A stretch of DNA of 64,000 nt from an uncultured beta proteobacterium (GCA_963738425.1 CAVTWT010000022.1:2680-66679); one strand, 5' to 3'; shown: positions 1-10,538, counted from the stretch's first letter. Numbers and translations are program-made. The notes: generated from the letters alone by a model not told the origin.

Positions 1-19
1 GGTGAATCGACAGAAGGAC

Positions 20-43
20 AAAGGCCGGCAAAAGCCGGCCTTT
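20..43 (-). terminator. GC-rich hairpin just downstream of rplI (aaaggccggc-aaaa-gccggccttt)
   Basis: Perfect 10-bp inverted repeat about 22 nt past the rplI stop. It is flanked by A/T runs on both sides, so it could act in either direction. Confidence 0.5.
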
Positions 44-64
44 GATTCTGTCCGCGCGAGGCCG

Positions 65-517
65 TCAGTCCACGTCGCCGACGACCACCACATTCACATC
101 GACCGCCACATCGGTGTGCAGCGCCACCGACAGCGTCTGCTCGCCGGTGTGCTTGATCGGGCCGGTGGGCATGCGCACGGCCGCCTTCGGCACGTCGAAG
201 CCCTGCTTCTTCAGCGCCTCGGCGATGTCGGCGTTGGTCACCGAGCCGAACAGGCGACCATCGACGCCGGCCTTCTGCGTGATCGAGATCGACTTGCCGT
301 TCAGCTTCTCGCCCATCGCCTGCGCAGCGGCGAGCTTGTCTGCGGCGACTTTCTCGAGCTCGACGCGCTTGGCTTCGAACTCTTTCATCGCCGTTTCGGT
401 GGCGCGGCGCGCACGGCGTGTCGGGATCAGGAAATTGCGCGCGAAGCCGTCTTTGACCTTGACGACATCACCGAGGTTGCCGAGGTTGGCGACCTTTTCG
501 AGGAGGATGACTTGCAT
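65..517 (-). CDS. rplI: 50S ribosomal protein L9
   Basis: 150-aa ORF with an ATG start, [32 protein letters not shown]... The N-terminus is typical of L9, and this is the last gene of the rpsF-priB-rpsR-rplI cluster. Confidence 0.97.
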   Translation of the reverse strand: MQVILLEKVANLGNLGDVVKVKDGFARNFLIPTRRARRATETAMKEFEAKRVELEKVAADKLAAAQAMGEKLNGKSISITQKAGVDGRLFGSVTNADIAEALKKQGFDVPKAAVRMPTGPIKHTGEQTLSVALHTDVAVDVNVVVVGDVD

Positions 518-530
518 GTTGTTCTACTCC

Positions 531-821
531 TCAGCCACGGTGCTGGTCGGTGTACGGCAGCAGCGCGAGGAAACGCGCACGCTTGATGGCTGACGTCAAC
601 TGGCGCTGAAAGAAAGCGCGTGTGCCGGTCAAACGAGCCGGCGTGATCTTGCCGTTCTCGCCGATGAAGTCGCGCAGCGTGTCGACATCCTTGTAGTCGA
701 TCTGCTCGACACCGGCGACGGTGAAGCGGCAGAAGCGCTTGCGGCGGAACAGCAGCGACTGCTGGTTGCGCTTGGGTTTGCGGTCCTTCGAGAACTTACC
801 TTTACCACGAGGCGGGGGCAT
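531..821 (-). CDS. rpsR: 30S ribosomal protein S18
   Basis: 96 aa. The segment ...[41 protein letters not shown]... is the conserved S18 core. Confidence 0.97.
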   Translation of the reverse strand: MPPPRGKGKFSKDRKPKRNQQSLLFRRKRFCRFTVAGVEQIDYKDVDTLRDFIGENGKITPARLTGTRAFFQRQLTSAIKRARFLALLPYTDQHRG

Positions 822-872
822 GGTGGGCTCCTTGAAATCTGAATTCGAAAATGAAACTTGGGCGGTGCGTGC

Positions 873-1157
873 TCAGTCGAGCGCCGTGATGTGAAAGACG
901 AGTCCGCGGCCGTTGCGTCCCGAGGCCAGGAAACCGGCATAGCTGCCAGCAGTTCCCAGCGTCAGCGCCCCAACCTGCCGTGTGATGCCCTGCCCGATCG
1001 CCACCGCCTTGATGTCCATCGACACCTTGCGCGGTTGCCCGTCTTCGCTGACTTCGGACTCATGCTTGAGCATCAGGTCCAGAGCCGGCAAGCCGGCGGG
1101 GGTGTATCGCACGGCGCCCCGTTCAGACAACGTTGCAGCAAGAACCAGGCGGTTCAT
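873..1157 (-). CDS. priB: primosomal replication protein N (PriB, OB-fold ssDNA binding)
   Basis: 94-aa ORF in the canonical priB slot between rpsF and rpsR. It has SSB-like size and pattern (MNRLVLAATLSERGAVRYTPAGLP...). Confidence 0.85.
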   Translation of the reverse strand: MNRLVLAATLSERGAVRYTPAGLPALDLMLKHESEVSEDGQPRKVSMDIKAVAIGQGITRQVGALTLGTAGSYAGFLASGRNGRGLVFHITALD

Positions 1158-1195
1158 CGTTGCAGCGCCGACTCAACGCGGCCGGTGTTCGCCTG

Positions 1196-1582
1196 TCAGG
1201 CGGCGCTCTCCTGCGGCTGCGCCGACGGCGAAGGCGATGACGTCTTGCGCGCTTCTTCGCGCTCGACGTGCTTCATCATGATCGACGGGTTGGTCTCGGC
1301 CTTGTCCATCGCCACCGTCAGGTGGCGCAGCACGGCGTCATTGAAGCGAAAGCCGGTTTCCAGCTCGGTCAACGTCTCGGCGCTGCACTCGATGTTCAGG
1401 CACAGGTAATGCGCCTTGGCGAGCTTCTGGATCATGTAGGCCAGCTGACGCCGGCCCCAGTCTTCAACCCGATGCAGCTTGCCGCCGGCGGCAGTGATCA
1501 GGCCCTTGTAGCGTTCCAGCATGGCTGGAACCTGTTCACTCTGGTCCGGGTGGATCAGCAGAATGATCTCGTAGTGACGCAT
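1196..1582 (-). CDS. rpsF: 30S ribosomal protein S6
   Basis: Internal ATG at 1582 gives [26 protein letters not shown]..., with a GGAG a few nt upstream. The ORF-track start at 1666 is an unsupported 28-codon extension. Confidence 0.95.
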   Translation of the reverse strand: MRHYEIILLIHPDQSEQVPAMLERYKGLITAAGGKLHRVEDWGRRQLAYMIQKLAKAHYLCLNIECSAETLTELETGFRFNDAVLRHLTVAMDKAETNPSIMMKHVEREEARKTSSPSPSAQPQESAA

Positions 1583-1669
1583 GGTGGCTCCTTGTGGATT
1601 TCCGTCCAGACGACATGTCTTTGACGGGGTAGCCGCCCCACGGCGTCGACAGTGTGGGTGCGGCAAGGG

Positions 1670-1696
1670 GAAAGCCCGCGATTGTAGCGGGCTTTC
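1670..1696 (-). terminator. Hairpin after the ppsA stop (gaaagcccgc / gcgggctttc, 7-nt loop)
   Basis: 10-bp perfect stem 11 nt downstream of the ppsA stop. No U-tract follows it on the minus strand. The loop reads TACAAT on the minus strand, which is -10-like for the rpsF operon. Confidence 0.4.
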
Positions 1697-1706
1697 GCTG
1701 ATACCT

Positions 1707-4115
1707 CTACTTGCGGGCCGCCAAGCGCTCCCAGGTGTCGACCACTGTGTCCGGGTTCAAAGACATCGAGCCGATCCCCTCCTGGGCCAGCCACTCGGCG
1801 AAGTCGGCATGGTCGCTCGGCCCCTGGCCGCAGATGCCGACGTATTTGCCGGTCGCGCGGCAGGCTGCGATGGCGCGCGAGATCATCGCCTTGACGGCCG
1901 GGTCGCGCTCATCGAAGTCTCCCGCCAGCTGCTCGTGCCCCGAGTCGCGGTCCAGGCCCAGCGTAAGTTGGGTCAAGTCATTCGAACCGATCGACATGCC
2001 GTCGAAATGCTCGAGGAACTGGTCGGCCAGGATGGCGTTGCTGGGCACCTCGCACATCATGATCAGGCGCAGGCCGTCCTTGCCGCGCTGCAGGCCCCTG
2101 TCGGCAAGCATCTGGACCACGGTCGCGGCCTGCTTCACGGTGCGCACGAAGGGCACCATGATCTCGACATTGGTCAGGCCCATGTCGTGGCGCACGCGCT
2201 TCAGCGCCTCGCACTCCATGCCGAAAGCGTCGCGGAAGTCGCCGCTGATGTAGCGCGAGGCGCCACGGAAACCGAGCATCGGATTTTCTTCGTCCGGTTC
2301 GTAGCGCGAGCCGCCGATCAGCTTGCGGTACTCGTTGCTCTTGAAGTCAGACAACCGAACGATTACCGGCTTGGGCCAGAACGCCGCGGCAATCGTCGCA
2401 ATGCCTTCGGTCAGCTTATCGACGTAGAAGGCTCGCGGGCTGGCGTGGCCACGGGCGACCGATTCCACCGCTTTCTTCAGATCGACATCGATGTTCGGAT
2501 AGTCGAGGATCGCCTTCGGGTGCACACCGATGTCGTTGTTGATGATGAACTCGAGCCGCGCCAGTCCGACGCCCGAGTTGGGCATCTGCGCGAACTGGAA
2601 AGCCAGTTGCGGGTTGCCGACGTTCATCGTGATCTTGACCGGGCAGTACGGCATCTGGCCGCGCTTGACCTCGCTGACCTCGGCTTCGATCAAGCCGTCG
2701 TAGATGAAGCCGGTGTCGCCTTCCGAGCAGGCCACGGTGACCAGCGCGCCTTCGGCCAGCTTGTCGGTGGCATCGCCGCAACCGACGACTGCCGGGATGC
2801 CGAGCTCGCGCGCGATGATGGCGGCGTGGCAGGTGCGCCCGCCGCGGTTGGTGACGATGGCGCTCGCCCGTTTCATCACCGGCTCCCAGTTCGGGTCGGT
2901 CATGTCGGTGACGAGCACGTCGCCCGCCTGCACGCGGTCCATCTCGGCCACTGAGCGCACGAGCACGACGCGGCCGGTGCCGATCTTCTGCCCGATCGCG
3001 CGGCCTTCGGCCAGCAGCGTGCTCTTGCTGACGTCGCCCTTGAGCCGGTAGCGGTGTTCGACCTGGCCTGTCATCTGGCTCTTCACCGTTTCGGGCCGTG
3101 CCTGAAGGATGTACAACTTGCCATCGACGCCGTCCTTGCCCCACTCGATGTCCATCGGTCGGCCGTAGTGCTTCTCGATGATCACCGCGTAGCGCGCCAG
3201 CTCCTGCACGTCGGCGTCCGACAGCGAAAAGCGGTTGCGCATCTCGACCGGGTTGTCCTCGGTCTTGATGAATTTGCCGCTCGCGGCCTTCTCCTGCGCG
3301 CTCGTGAAGGTCATGCGCAGCAGCTTCGAACCGAGCGAGCGGCGGATCAGCGCCGGACGGCCCGCCGCCAGCGTCTGCTTGTGAACGTAGAACTCGTCCG
3401 GGTTGACGGCGCCCTGCACCACCGTTTCGCCCAGGCCCCAGCTCGACGTCACGAACACCACGTCCGGGAAGCCCGACTCGGTGTCGATCGTGAAGACCAC
3501 GCCGGCACTGCCGAGGTCCGAGCGCACCATGCGTTGCACACCGGCCGAGAGGGCCACGTCGGCATGGGCGTAGCCCTTGTGCACGCGGTAGCTGATGGCC
3601 CGGTCGTTGTACAGCGACGCGAAGACCTCGCGCATCTTGGCCAGCACGTCGTCGATGCCATGCACGTTCAGAAACGTCTCTTGCTGTCCGGCAAACGATG
3701 CATCGGGCAGGTCTTCGGCGGTGGCCGACGAACGCACGGCAAATGTGGCGTCCGGACTGTCCGCGGACAGTGCAGCATAGGCCGTGCGCACTGCGTCTTC
3801 CAGCGCCGGCGGCAACGGCGCCTCGTGCACCCACTGCCGGATCTGCGCACCGGCCTCGGCCAGAGCGCGCACGTCGTCGGTGTTCAGCGCACTCAAGCGC
3901 GCATTGATCTTGTCCACCAGCCCACCGTGGCTGAGGAACTGGCGAAACGCGTGTGCCGTGGTGGCGAAGCCGCCAGGCACGCGCACACCCGTGGCGCTCA
4001 ACTGGCTGATCATTTCGCCGAGGCTGGCGTTCTTGCCGCCAACGACCTCGACGTCGGTCATCCTCAATTGTTCAAACGGCACGACCAGGGCGGTCGCCAA
4101 CTTGGGTTGAGACAT
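1707..4115 (-). CDS. ppsA: phosphoenolpyruvate synthase (pyruvate, water dikinase)
   Basis: 802 aa, full-length match by recognition. It has the ATP-grasp N-terminus, the phosphohistidine motif ...[21 protein letters not shown]... and the PEP-utilising C-terminal domain. Confidence 0.97.
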   Translation of the reverse strand: MSQPKLATALVVPFEQLRMTDVEVVGGKNASLGEMISQLSATGVRVPGGFATTAHAFRQFLSHGGLVDKINARLSALNTDDVRALAEAGAQIRQWVHEAPLPPALEDAVRTAYAALSADSPDATFAVRSSATAEDLPDASFAGQQETFLNVHGIDDVLAKMREVFASLYNDRAISYRVHKGYAHADVALSAGVQRMVRSDLGSAGVVFTIDTESGFPDVVFVTSSWGLGETVVQGAVNPDEFYVHKQTLAAGRPALIRRSLGSKLLRMTFTSAQEKAASGKFIKTEDNPVEMRNRFSLSDADVQELARYAVIIEKHYGRPMDIEWGKDGVDGKLYILQARPETVKSQMTGQVEHRYRLKGDVSKSTLLAEGRAIGQKIGTGRVVLVRSVAEMDRVQAGDVLVTDMTDPNWEPVMKRASAIVTNRGGRTCHAAIIARELGIPAVVGCGDATDKLAEGALVTVACSEGDTGFIYDGLIEAEVSEVKRGQMPYCPVKITMNVGNPQLAFQFAQMPNSGVGLARLEFIINNDIGVHPKAILDYPNIDVDLKKAVESVARGHASPRAFYVDKLTEGIATIAAAFWPKPVIVRLSDFKSNEYRKLIGGSRYEPDEENPMLGFRGASRYISGDFRDAFGMECEALKRVRHDMGLTNVEIMVPFVRTVKQAATVVQMLADRGLQRGKDGLRLIMMCEVPSNAILADQFLEHFDGMSIGSNDLTQLTLGLDRDSGHEQLAGDFDERDPAVKAMISRAIAACRATGKYVGICGQGPSDHADFAEWLAQEGIGSMSLNPDTVVDTWERLAARK

Positions 4116-4333
4116 GGGAAAGCTCCGTAGCGATGAAAAACCGGTGCTTCCTGGGCGTGGGCCGGCGCTGCAACTCCCGTCAACTGGACGCGATGTCGAG
4201 GGTGGGAGGAGCGCATCGGGGCAGGCCGCAAGAGGAATGCAAATGATTCTACGGGCCTATCATCCGTGAATACGTCACAAACACCCAACTCGCAGGGCGT
4301 GAACTAGTCGTCGCCCGGCCGCAAAAGAGCGCC

Positions 4334-5158
4334 ATGACCGACCGCACTGTCTTCTTCGTCTCCGACGGCACTGGCATCACCGCCGAAACCTTCGGCAACT
4401 CGATCCTGGCGCAGTTCGCAGCCAAGCCGCGCCATGTGCGCCGGCCCTTCATCGACAGCCCAGCGAAGGCGGTGTCCGTGCTCGAAGAGATCAACCACAC
4501 CGCGGCTCACGAAGGGCGGCGCCCCATCGTATTCATCACCCTGGTCAGCGACGAGGTGCGCACCATCCTCACCGGCGCCGAGTGCAAGGGCCTGGTGCTC
4601 GACATGTTTCGCACCTTCGTCGAGCCGCTCGAAGCCGAGTTCGGCATCAAGAGCAACCACCGCGTCGGCCGCTTCTCGGACGCGAGCAAGAGCGAGGAGT
4701 ACAACGACCGCATCGAAGCGATCAACTTCTCGCTCGCGCACGACGACGGCCAGAGCTCGAAGAACCTCGAAAGCGCCGACATCATCCTTGTCGGCGTGTC
4801 GCGCAGCGGCAAGACGCCGACCTCGCTCTACCTGGCGATGCAGCACGGCATCAAGGCCGCCAACTACCCGCTGATCCCGGAAGACTTCGAACGCGGCAAG
4901 ATGCCGTCGTCGCTGGCACCCTACAAGGCCAAGTGCTTCGGCCTGACGATCGACCCGGACCGTCTGGCGCAGATCAGAAACGAACGTCGCCCGGGCAGCA
5001 AGTACGCGGCCCTGGCCAACTGCCGCTACGAGGTGGCCGAGGGCGAGAAGATGATGAAGCGCGAGGGCATCTCGTGGCTGTCGTCGACGCACAAGTCGAT
5101 TGAGGAAATCGCCACGACGATCCTGCGTGACCTGCGCCCGGACCGCTTGATCTACTAG
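4334..5158 (+). CDS. ppsR: PEP synthase regulatory protein (bifunctional kinase/pyrophosphorylase, DUF299)
   Basis: 274 aa, divergent from ppsA as in most proteobacteria. It has the P-loop GVSRSGKTPTSLYLA. Confidence 0.93.
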   Translation: MTDRTVFFVSDGTGITAETFGNSILAQFAAKPRHVRRPFIDSPAKAVSVLEEINHTAAHEGRRPIVFITLVSDEVRTILTGAECKGLVLDMFRTFVEPLEAEFGIKSNHRVGRFSDASKSEEYNDRIEAINFSLAHDDGQSSKNLESADIILVGVSRSGKTPTSLYLAMQHGIKAANYPLIPEDFERGKMPSSLAPYKAKCFGLTIDPDRLAQIRNERRPGSKYAALANCRYEVAEGEKMMKREGISWLSSTHKSIEEIATTILRDLRPDRLIY

Positions 5159-5730
5159 CGTCTGGTTGCAGGCCCCGCGACAAAAAACTCGCGCTTTTCG
5201 CGGTTGAAGGCAATGCGGTTGCCATTGACGCAATCGGCGCACCACCACACCGCCAGCGTGCCGTCCGGCTCGCGAGCCAGCATCGCCAGCGCACTGCCCG
5301 GGTCGGGCACTTCGACCAGGAAGCGCATGCGCGCGCGGTCGCGCGATGGTTCGATGATGGTGACGAACAAGCCCTGCTCGCCGGAGCAGCGCCGATAGGC
5401 GCCGACAAATGCGAGCTGCAACGCGCCGCTGCCGTCGAAGTTGCCCTCGAGCGTGAAACCGCGGCCTTCGAGCGCTTGATCGACGAGGGTAGCGCCGACG
5501 GCCTGGTCCAGGCGCTCGCGGCTCAAGGCTTCTGCGGCGCACCAGTCGGGGTGCAAGCGCTTGATCGGCACGTTTTGCACGACCGATGCGCGCGGCTGCC
5601 ACTGTGCGCGCCGCCACCAGGGCTTGTCGGCAGGTTCCGCCGAGACGGCAAACACGGCCTTGTCGGCCGCCACCACGTCGAACGGGCCGGCCCACAACAG
5701 CATCAGCAGCAAGACCAGCCCGAGCTTCAT
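5155..5730 (-). CDS. hypothetical secreted protein, unknown function
   Basis: ATG at 5730 gives [24 protein letters not shown]..., a signal-peptide-like N-terminus. An ATGA overlap joins it to the upstream trmH-like gene. I recognise no family. Confidence 0.6.
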   Translation of the reverse strand: MKLGLVLLLMLLWAGPFDVVAADKAVFAVSAEPADKPWWRRAQWQPRASVVQNVPIKRLHPDWCAAEALSRERLDQAVGATLVDQALEGRGFTLEGNFDGSGALQLAFVGAYRRCSGEQGLFVTIIEPSRDRARMRFLVEVPDPGSALAMLAREPDGTLAVWWCADCVNGNRIAFNREKREFFVAGPATRR

Positions 5731-6500
5731 GCACCGACCCGTGAAGCGTAGAGACAGATCGCTGCGGCGGCCGCGACGTTGAGAGATTCCTCGCCGCCGG
5801 GCTGCGGGATGCGCAGCGTCGTGCTGCACCGAGCCGCCAGTGCGCTGTCGATGCCCTGCCCTTCATGGCCAAACACCCACGCGCACGGAAACGGCAGCGC
5901 TGCGTCGTGCAATGCCTGCGCTGCATGCACGCTTGCGGCGAGCAGCGGAACGCGCAGCGCGTGCAGGTCGTCTGCACGGAGACCCTCGATCAGATCGAGC
6001 GCAAAGTGTGCGCCCATGCCGGCCCGTAGCACTTTCGGCGACCACAAGCCTGCCGTGCCTTGCAAGGCCAACACCTGCTTGAAGCCCAGTGCCGACGCAC
6101 TGCGCAGCATGCTGCCGACATTGCCAGCGTCTTGTACGCGGTCGAGCACGATGCTCGCAGCGGCAGCTTGCAAGGCCGGAACCGCTGGCACGTTGATCAC
6201 AAAGCCGATACCGACCGGTGATGGCAGTTCACTCACACTGGCAAACAAGGCATCGCTGATGCAGGTCACACGAGGCGCCCACTCGGCGAGTTCGCGCAAC
6301 GCCGGTTGTGCAAGAGCCGACTCGCTGACCACGGCCTGCAAGGGTGCATGGCCGCGCGCGCGCAAGGCGCTGCACAGATGCTCGCCTTCTAGCCACAACT
6401 CACCGGCCTTGCGGTAGGCCGTGCCACTGCGCTGCAAACGGCGCAGTCGAACCAGCAGAGGGTTGTCACGCGCAGTGATGGTAACCACGCCGGATGTCAT
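5727..6500 (-). CDS. TrmH/SpoU-family RNA 2'-O-methyltransferase
   Basis: SpoU motifs are present (...[18 protein letters not shown]..., ...GHEGQGI..., ...[24 protein letters not shown]). ATG at 6500 overlaps the rnhB stop (ATGA). Confidence 0.85.
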   Translation of the reverse strand: MTSGVVTITARDNPLLVRLRRLQRSGTAYRKAGELWLEGEHLCSALRARGHAPLQAVVSESALAQPALRELAEWAPRVTCISDALFASVSELPSPVGIGFVINVPAVPALQAAAASIVLDRVQDAGNVGSMLRSASALGFKQVLALQGTAGLWSPKVLRAGMGAHFALDLIEGLRADDLHALRVPLLAASVHAAQALHDAALPFPCAWVFGHEGQGIDSALAARCSTTLRIPQPGGEESLNVAAAAAICLYASRVGA

Positions 6501-7129
6501 GCCGCGGGCCTGCCTGCCACTGCCGCCACCGGCGCAAAGCTGCGGCGGTGCACGTCGCACGCACCATGCTCGCGCAAGGCAGCCAAGTGCTCCGGCGTTG
6601 GGTAGCCCTTGTGGCCGGCAAATCCGTAGGCCGGATGCAGGGCATGCAACTGCATCAGCAACTCGTCACGGTGTACCTTGGCGACGATCGACGCGGCGGC
6701 AATCGCCGCCACCTTCGCATCGCCCTTGACGATCGCTTCAGCCGGCATCTTCAGCTTGGGCAGGCGATTGCCGTCGACCAACACATACGTCGGCACCAGG
6801 CGCAGGCCCTCGACCGCGCGCTGCATCGCCAGCATCGTCGCCTGCAGGATGTTCAGCCGGTCGATCTCCTCGACGCTGGCCTGCGCGATGCACACGCACA
6901 AGGCCTTGGCGCGGATCTCCGCAGCCAGGCGCGTGCGTGTCACCGGGCCTAGGGCCTTGGAGTCGCGCAGGCCCCTGATCGGCTGCAAGTCGTCGAGGAT
7001 CACGGCTGCAGCCACCACCGGCCCGGCCAGCGGCCCGCGGCCGACTTCATCAACGCCGGCCACCAGGCCCGGCTTGGCCCAGTGCAGGGGCAGTTGTTCA
7101 GGCGTGGCCCGTGATCTGCGCGATGGCAT
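6497..7129 (-). CDS. rnhB: ribonuclease HII
   Basis: ...[23 protein letters not shown]... is the RNase HII catalytic motif. The start is taken at the internal ATG at 7129, which overlaps the lpxB end by 32 nt. The exact start is uncertain. Confidence 0.9.
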   Translation of the reverse strand: MPSRRSRATPEQLPLHWAKPGLVAGVDEVGRGPLAGPVVAAAVILDDLQPIRGLRDSKALGPVTRTRLAAEIRAKALCVCIAQASVEEIDRLNILQATMLAMQRAVEGLRLVPTYVLVDGNRLPKLKMPAEAIVKGDAKVAAIAAASIVAKVHRDELLMQLHALHPAYGFAGHKGYPTPEHLAALREHGACDVHRRSFAPVAAVAGRPAA

Positions 7130-8231
7130 CGGTGGCGGTGCGGGCGGTATTGCGCCGCAGTTGTTGGTGCAGATCAGTGAATCGCTGTCGCAGCGACTCG
7201 CTGCGCTGCGGCGCATCGAACCAGGCCAGTACGTCAGCCGCCAACTGCGGCGGCGTGGCCTCGCTCTGAATGCGCTCGGGCACGACGAACTCGCGGCACA
7301 GGATGTTGGGCAGCCCGACCCAGGGTTGCAGCTGCATGCGCTTCATGATCTGCCAGGACAGGGCATTCATTTTGTACGCGATCACCATCGGCCGCTTGAA
7401 CAACGCAGCTTCGAGCGTCGCCGTGCCACTGGCGATCAGCGTCACGTCGCAGGCTGCCAGCGCGTCGTGCGAGCGGCCATCGAGCAGCGTGACCGGTGCG
7501 TCGGGCGCATGGCGGGCGATCAGCGGCTCGACCAAGGGACGCAGTCCGGGCACCACTGGCAGAACGAAGCGCAAATCCGGCCGTGTGCGGGCTAACAAGT
7601 CCACAGTGGCCGCAAACGTCGGGGCAATCGCTTCGATCTCCGAGCGGCGGCTGCCTGGCAGCACGGCCACCACCGGCTGCACCCCATCGAAACCCAGTGC
7701 AGCCCGCGCTGCGCTGCGCGGCACGGTCAGATCGATCGCATCAGCCAGTGGATGGCCGACGTAGGTGGCAGCGATGCCGTGCTGCTTCAACAGTTCGGGC
7801 TCGAATGGAAACAGGCACAGCACGTGATCGGTGCTGCGCGCGATCTTCCGGGTGCGGCCGGCTCTCCAGGCCCAGATCGACGGGCAGACGAAGTGGATCG
7901 CCTTCACGCCCACGTCGCGCAGCTTGTGTTCGAGCCCGAGATTGAAGTCGGGCGCATCGACGCCGACGAAGGCGTCGGGCTTGTCGGCAACGAGCCGCTC
8001 GAACAGCGCATCGCGAATGCCCTTGATCTCGCGGTAGTGGCGCAGCACTTCGACGTAGCCGCGCACCGCGAGCTTGTCGTGTGGCCACCAGGCGTTGAAG
8101 CCATGCTCGGCCATGCGAGGGCCGCCGATACCGAAAGTTTGCAGCTCAGGCCAGCGCTGCTTCAAGCCGCCGAGCAGAAGCCCTGCGAGCAGGTCGCCTG
8201 AGGCTTCTCCGGCGACCAACGCGAGGCGCAT
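7098..8231 (-). CDS. lpxB: lipid-A-disaccharide synthase
   Basis: 377 aa, [24 protein letters not shown]..., a typical LpxB N-terminus in the lpxA-lpxB-rnhB order. Confidence 0.95.
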   Translation of the reverse strand: MRLALVAGEASGDLLAGLLLGGLKQRWPELQTFGIGGPRMAEHGFNAWWPHDKLAVRGYVEVLRHYREIKGIRDALFERLVADKPDAFVGVDAPDFNLGLEHKLRDVGVKAIHFVCPSIWAWRAGRTRKIARSTDHVLCLFPFEPELLKQHGIAATYVGHPLADAIDLTVPRSAARAALGFDGVQPVVAVLPGSRRSEIEAIAPTFAATVDLLARTRPDLRFVLPVVPGLRPLVEPLIARHAPDAPVTLLDGRSHDALAACDVTLIASGTATLEAALFKRPMVIAYKMNALSWQIMKRMQLQPWVGLPNILCREFVVPERIQSEATPPQLAADVLAWFDAPQRSESLRQRFTDLHQQLRRNTARTATDAIAQITGHA

Positions 8232-8239
8232 CGCGATCC

Positions 8240-9031
8240 CTATCTTGCAATGCCGCGCGTCGACGCGGCGAGGAAATCGAGCAGCATGTTGACGTCGACA
8301 TCGCCCCCTTCGACCGACCCGCGCAACGCAGCGACCGCGGCCTTGGCGTTGTCGAGCGTCAGGCCATCGCGATAGACCAGCCGGTGCATCTGTTTGACCA
8401 GCGCGATGCGCTCTTTCGAGAAACCGCGCCGGCGCAGGCCCTCGGCGTTGATGCCGGCAATCGACAGCGGGTTTCCTGCGGCCATCATGAATGGCGGCAC
8501 GTCTTGCGAAACATGGCTCTGGAAACCCGTCATCGCATGCGCGCCGACCTTGCAGAACTGGTGCACGCCGGTCAGACCGCCGACGATGACCCAGTCGCCG
8601 ATGTGCACATGACCGGCCAGCGTGGCGTTGTTGGCCAGGATCGTGCGCGACCCGACCTGCACATCGTGCGCAATGTGGACGTAGGCCATGATCCAGTTGT
8701 CGTCGCCGATGCGAGTCACGCCCACGTCCTGCGTCGTGCCGCGGTTGAAGGTGCAGAACTCGCGAATGGTGTTGCGGTCGCCGATCGAAAGCTGTGTCGG
8801 CTCGCCGCGGTACTTCATGTCCTGCGGCGCGGCGCCCAATGCGGCATGCGTGAAGATGAGGTTGTCGCGGCCGATCGTCGTCGGCCCTTCGATCACGCTG
8901 TGGGCGCCAATGGTCGTGCCGGCGCCGATCCGCACCCCGTCGCCGATGACGGCATACGGACCGACAGTGACCGTGCTGTCCAGTTCCGCGCCCGATGACA
9001 CCAACGCCGTCGGATGGATGAGCGGCGCCAC
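8240..9031 (-). CDS. lpxA: acyl-ACP--UDP-N-acetylglucosamine O-acyltransferase
   Basis: 263 aa with hexapeptide repeats and a GTG start ((M)[10 protein letters not shown]...). Synteny is fabZ-lpxA-lpxB. Confidence 0.95.
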   Translation of the reverse strand: MAPLIHPTALVSSGAELDSTVTVGPYAVIGDGVRIGAGTTIGAHSVIEGPTTIGRDNLIFTHAALGAAPQDMKYRGEPTQLSIGDRNTIREFCTFNRGTTQDVGVTRIGDDNWIMAYVHIAHDVQVGSRTILANNATLAGHVHIGDWVIVGGLTGVHQFCKVGAHAMTGFQSHVSQDVPPFMMAAGNPLSIAGINAEGLRRRGFSKERIALVKQMHRLVYRDGLTLDNAKAAVAALRGSVEGGDVDVNMLLDFLAASTRGIAR

Positions 9032-9035
9032 GGTG

Positions 9036-9473
9036 TCAGGCGACCTTTCTCATCGTGCACATCAAGTCGGCCTCGACCGCGGTTTCGCTGCCGACCGAAG
9101 CCCGCGTCTTGTACTTGTAGATGCCCGACTTGGCGCGCTCGATGCTCGCTTCGAGCACCAGCTGGTCGCCCGGCTCGACCGGCCGCTTGAAGCGCGCGCC
9201 GTCGATGCCGACGAAGTAGACCACCATGTCATCGCCTGGCTCGACATCCATCGATTCGAAGGACAGCAGCGCCGCGGTCTGCGCCAGCGCTTCGAGCATC
9301 AGGACGCCGGGCATCACCGGGCGCGCCGGAAAATGGCCGCTGAAGAATGGCTCGTTGATCGTCACGTTTTTCAGCGCCTTGATGCGCACGTTCTTCTCGA
9401 GCTCGAGCACGCGGTCGACGAGCAGGAACGGGTAGCGGTGCGGCAGGCGCTTGAGGATGCGGTGGATGTCCAT
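9036..9473 (-). CDS. fabZ: 3-hydroxyacyl-ACP dehydratase FabZ
   Basis: ATG at 9473 gives [24 protein letters not shown]...[12 protein letters not shown]... The 230-aa ORF-track version extends through the intergenic repeat. Confidence 0.95.
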   Translation of the reverse strand: MDIHRILKRLPHRYPFLLVDRVLELEKNVRIKALKNVTINEPFFSGHFPARPVMPGVLMLEALAQTAALLSFESMDVEPGDDMVVYFVGIDGARFKRPVEPGDQLVLEASIERAKSGIYKYKTRASVGSETAVEADLMCTMRKVA

Positions 9474-9549
9474 CAGCAGTGCCCGCCCGGCCGCCCGAAG
9501 GGCATTGGCGCCCCCTCGGGGGGCAGTGAACGAAGTGAGCTTCGGGGCT
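9474..9549. repeat. structured REP-like intergenic repeat, copy A
   Basis: cagcagtgcccgcccggccgcccgaagggcattggcgCCCCCTCGGGGGGcagtgaaCGAAGTGAGCttcggggcttc. It fills the whole fabZ-lpxD spacer and shares its core with copies at 14737, 16842, 30655 (inverted) and 40519. Confidence 0.85.
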
Positions 9550-10518
9550 TCATGAGAGTTTCTTTTCGAGGGCGCGCAGGCGTTCGCGCAGCGAGTACAA
9601 CTGCCGCAGCGTCGCGGCGTTCTTTTCCCAGGACGCATTGTCGTCGATGGGAAACATGCCGCTGTACTGGCCGGGTTGGGTGATCGAGCGGCTGACCACC
9701 GTGGCTGCGGTGATGTGCACATGGTCAACGAGTTCGAGGTGGCCGAGAACGATCGCGCCGCCGCCGAACGTGCAATGCCTGCCGATCTTTGCGCTGCCGG
9801 CCACGCCGACGCAGCCGGCCATCGCGCTGTGCGCGCCGATGCGAACGTTATGGCCGATCTGGATCAGGTTGTCGAGCTTGACCCCATCTTCGATCACCGT
9901 GTCGTCGAGCGCACCCCGATCGATGCAGGTGTTGGCGCCGATCTCGACGTCGTTGCCGATGCGCACCGCGCCGAGCTGGGCGATCTTCTCCCACTGTCCT
10001 TGATGCGGCGCGAAGCCGAAGCCGTCGGCGCCGATGACGACGCCGCTGTGCAGGATGCAGCGCTCGCCGATGATGCAGCGCTCGCCGACCGTGACGCGGG
10101 CGGCGATGCGCGTGTTCTCGCCGATCACTGCGTCGGCGCCGATGTAGCTGAGCGCGCCAACGGTAGCACTCGGCGCGACGCGCGCGCCGGCCTCGACCAC
10201 GGCACTCGGATGCACACCGACTGGCACTGCGCCGTCGCTGGCCGCCCACCACTGCGACAGCCGTGCGTAGTACAAGTAGGGATCGGGCGTGACGATGGCC
10301 GCACCACGCGCAGCCGCTTCTTCGGTGAGGTCCGGCGCGACGATCACGCAGCCCGCCCGCGTGCTGGCGAGTTGCGCGCGGTAGCGCGGGTTGGCCAGAA
10401 AGGCAATCTGCGAAGGCCCCGCTGCGTCGAGCGTGGCAATCCGGTCGATGACAACAGACGCGTCGCCAACGCACTGCCCCGAGAGGCGGGCCACGATCTC
10501 GGCGACGGTGACGCGCAT
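9550..10518 (-). CDS. lpxD: UDP-3-O-(3-hydroxyacyl)glucosamine N-acyltransferase
   Basis: 322 aa with left-handed beta-helix hexapeptide repeats. Synteny is skp-lpxD-fabZ. Confidence 0.95.
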   Translation of the reverse strand: MRVTVAEIVARLSGQCVGDASVVIDRIATLDAAGPSQIAFLANPRYRAQLASTRAGCVIVAPDLTEEAAARGAAIVTPDPYLYYARLSQWWAASDGAVPVGVHPSAVVEAGARVAPSATVGALSYIGADAVIGENTRIAARVTVGERCIIGERCILHSGVVIGADGFGFAPHQGQWEKIAQLGAVRIGNDVEIGANTCIDRGALDDTVIEDGVKLDNLIQIGHNVRIGAHSAMAGCVGVAGSAKIGRHCTFGGGAIVLGHLELVDHVHITAATVVSRSITQPGQYSGMFPIDDNASWEKNAATLRQLYSLRERLRALEKKLS

Positions 10519-10538
10519 CGCCGAAGTGCTCCAGCCGT

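Noticed and set aside
1581-4130. Several 350-470-aa ORFs (1581..2954 +, 2416..3834 -, 3054..4130 +) inside the ppsA locus
   Set aside because: All are alternative or antisense frames of the full-length, strongly conserved ppsA.
4304-5977. 557-aa minus-strand ORF spanning ppsR and its neighbours
   Set aside because: It overlaps ppsR in antisense and runs out of frame with the downstream secreted-protein and trmH-like genes. Its composition is typical of GC-rich noise.
9500-9545. Recurrent peptide ..AP(S/L)GGSERSE.. in shadow ORFs 8688..9683 and 14590..16311, possibly a small conserved protein or domain
   Set aside because: It is simply the translation of the intergenic repeat core (CCCCTCGGGGG..CGAAGTGAGC). 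The host ORFs are antisense to real genes.
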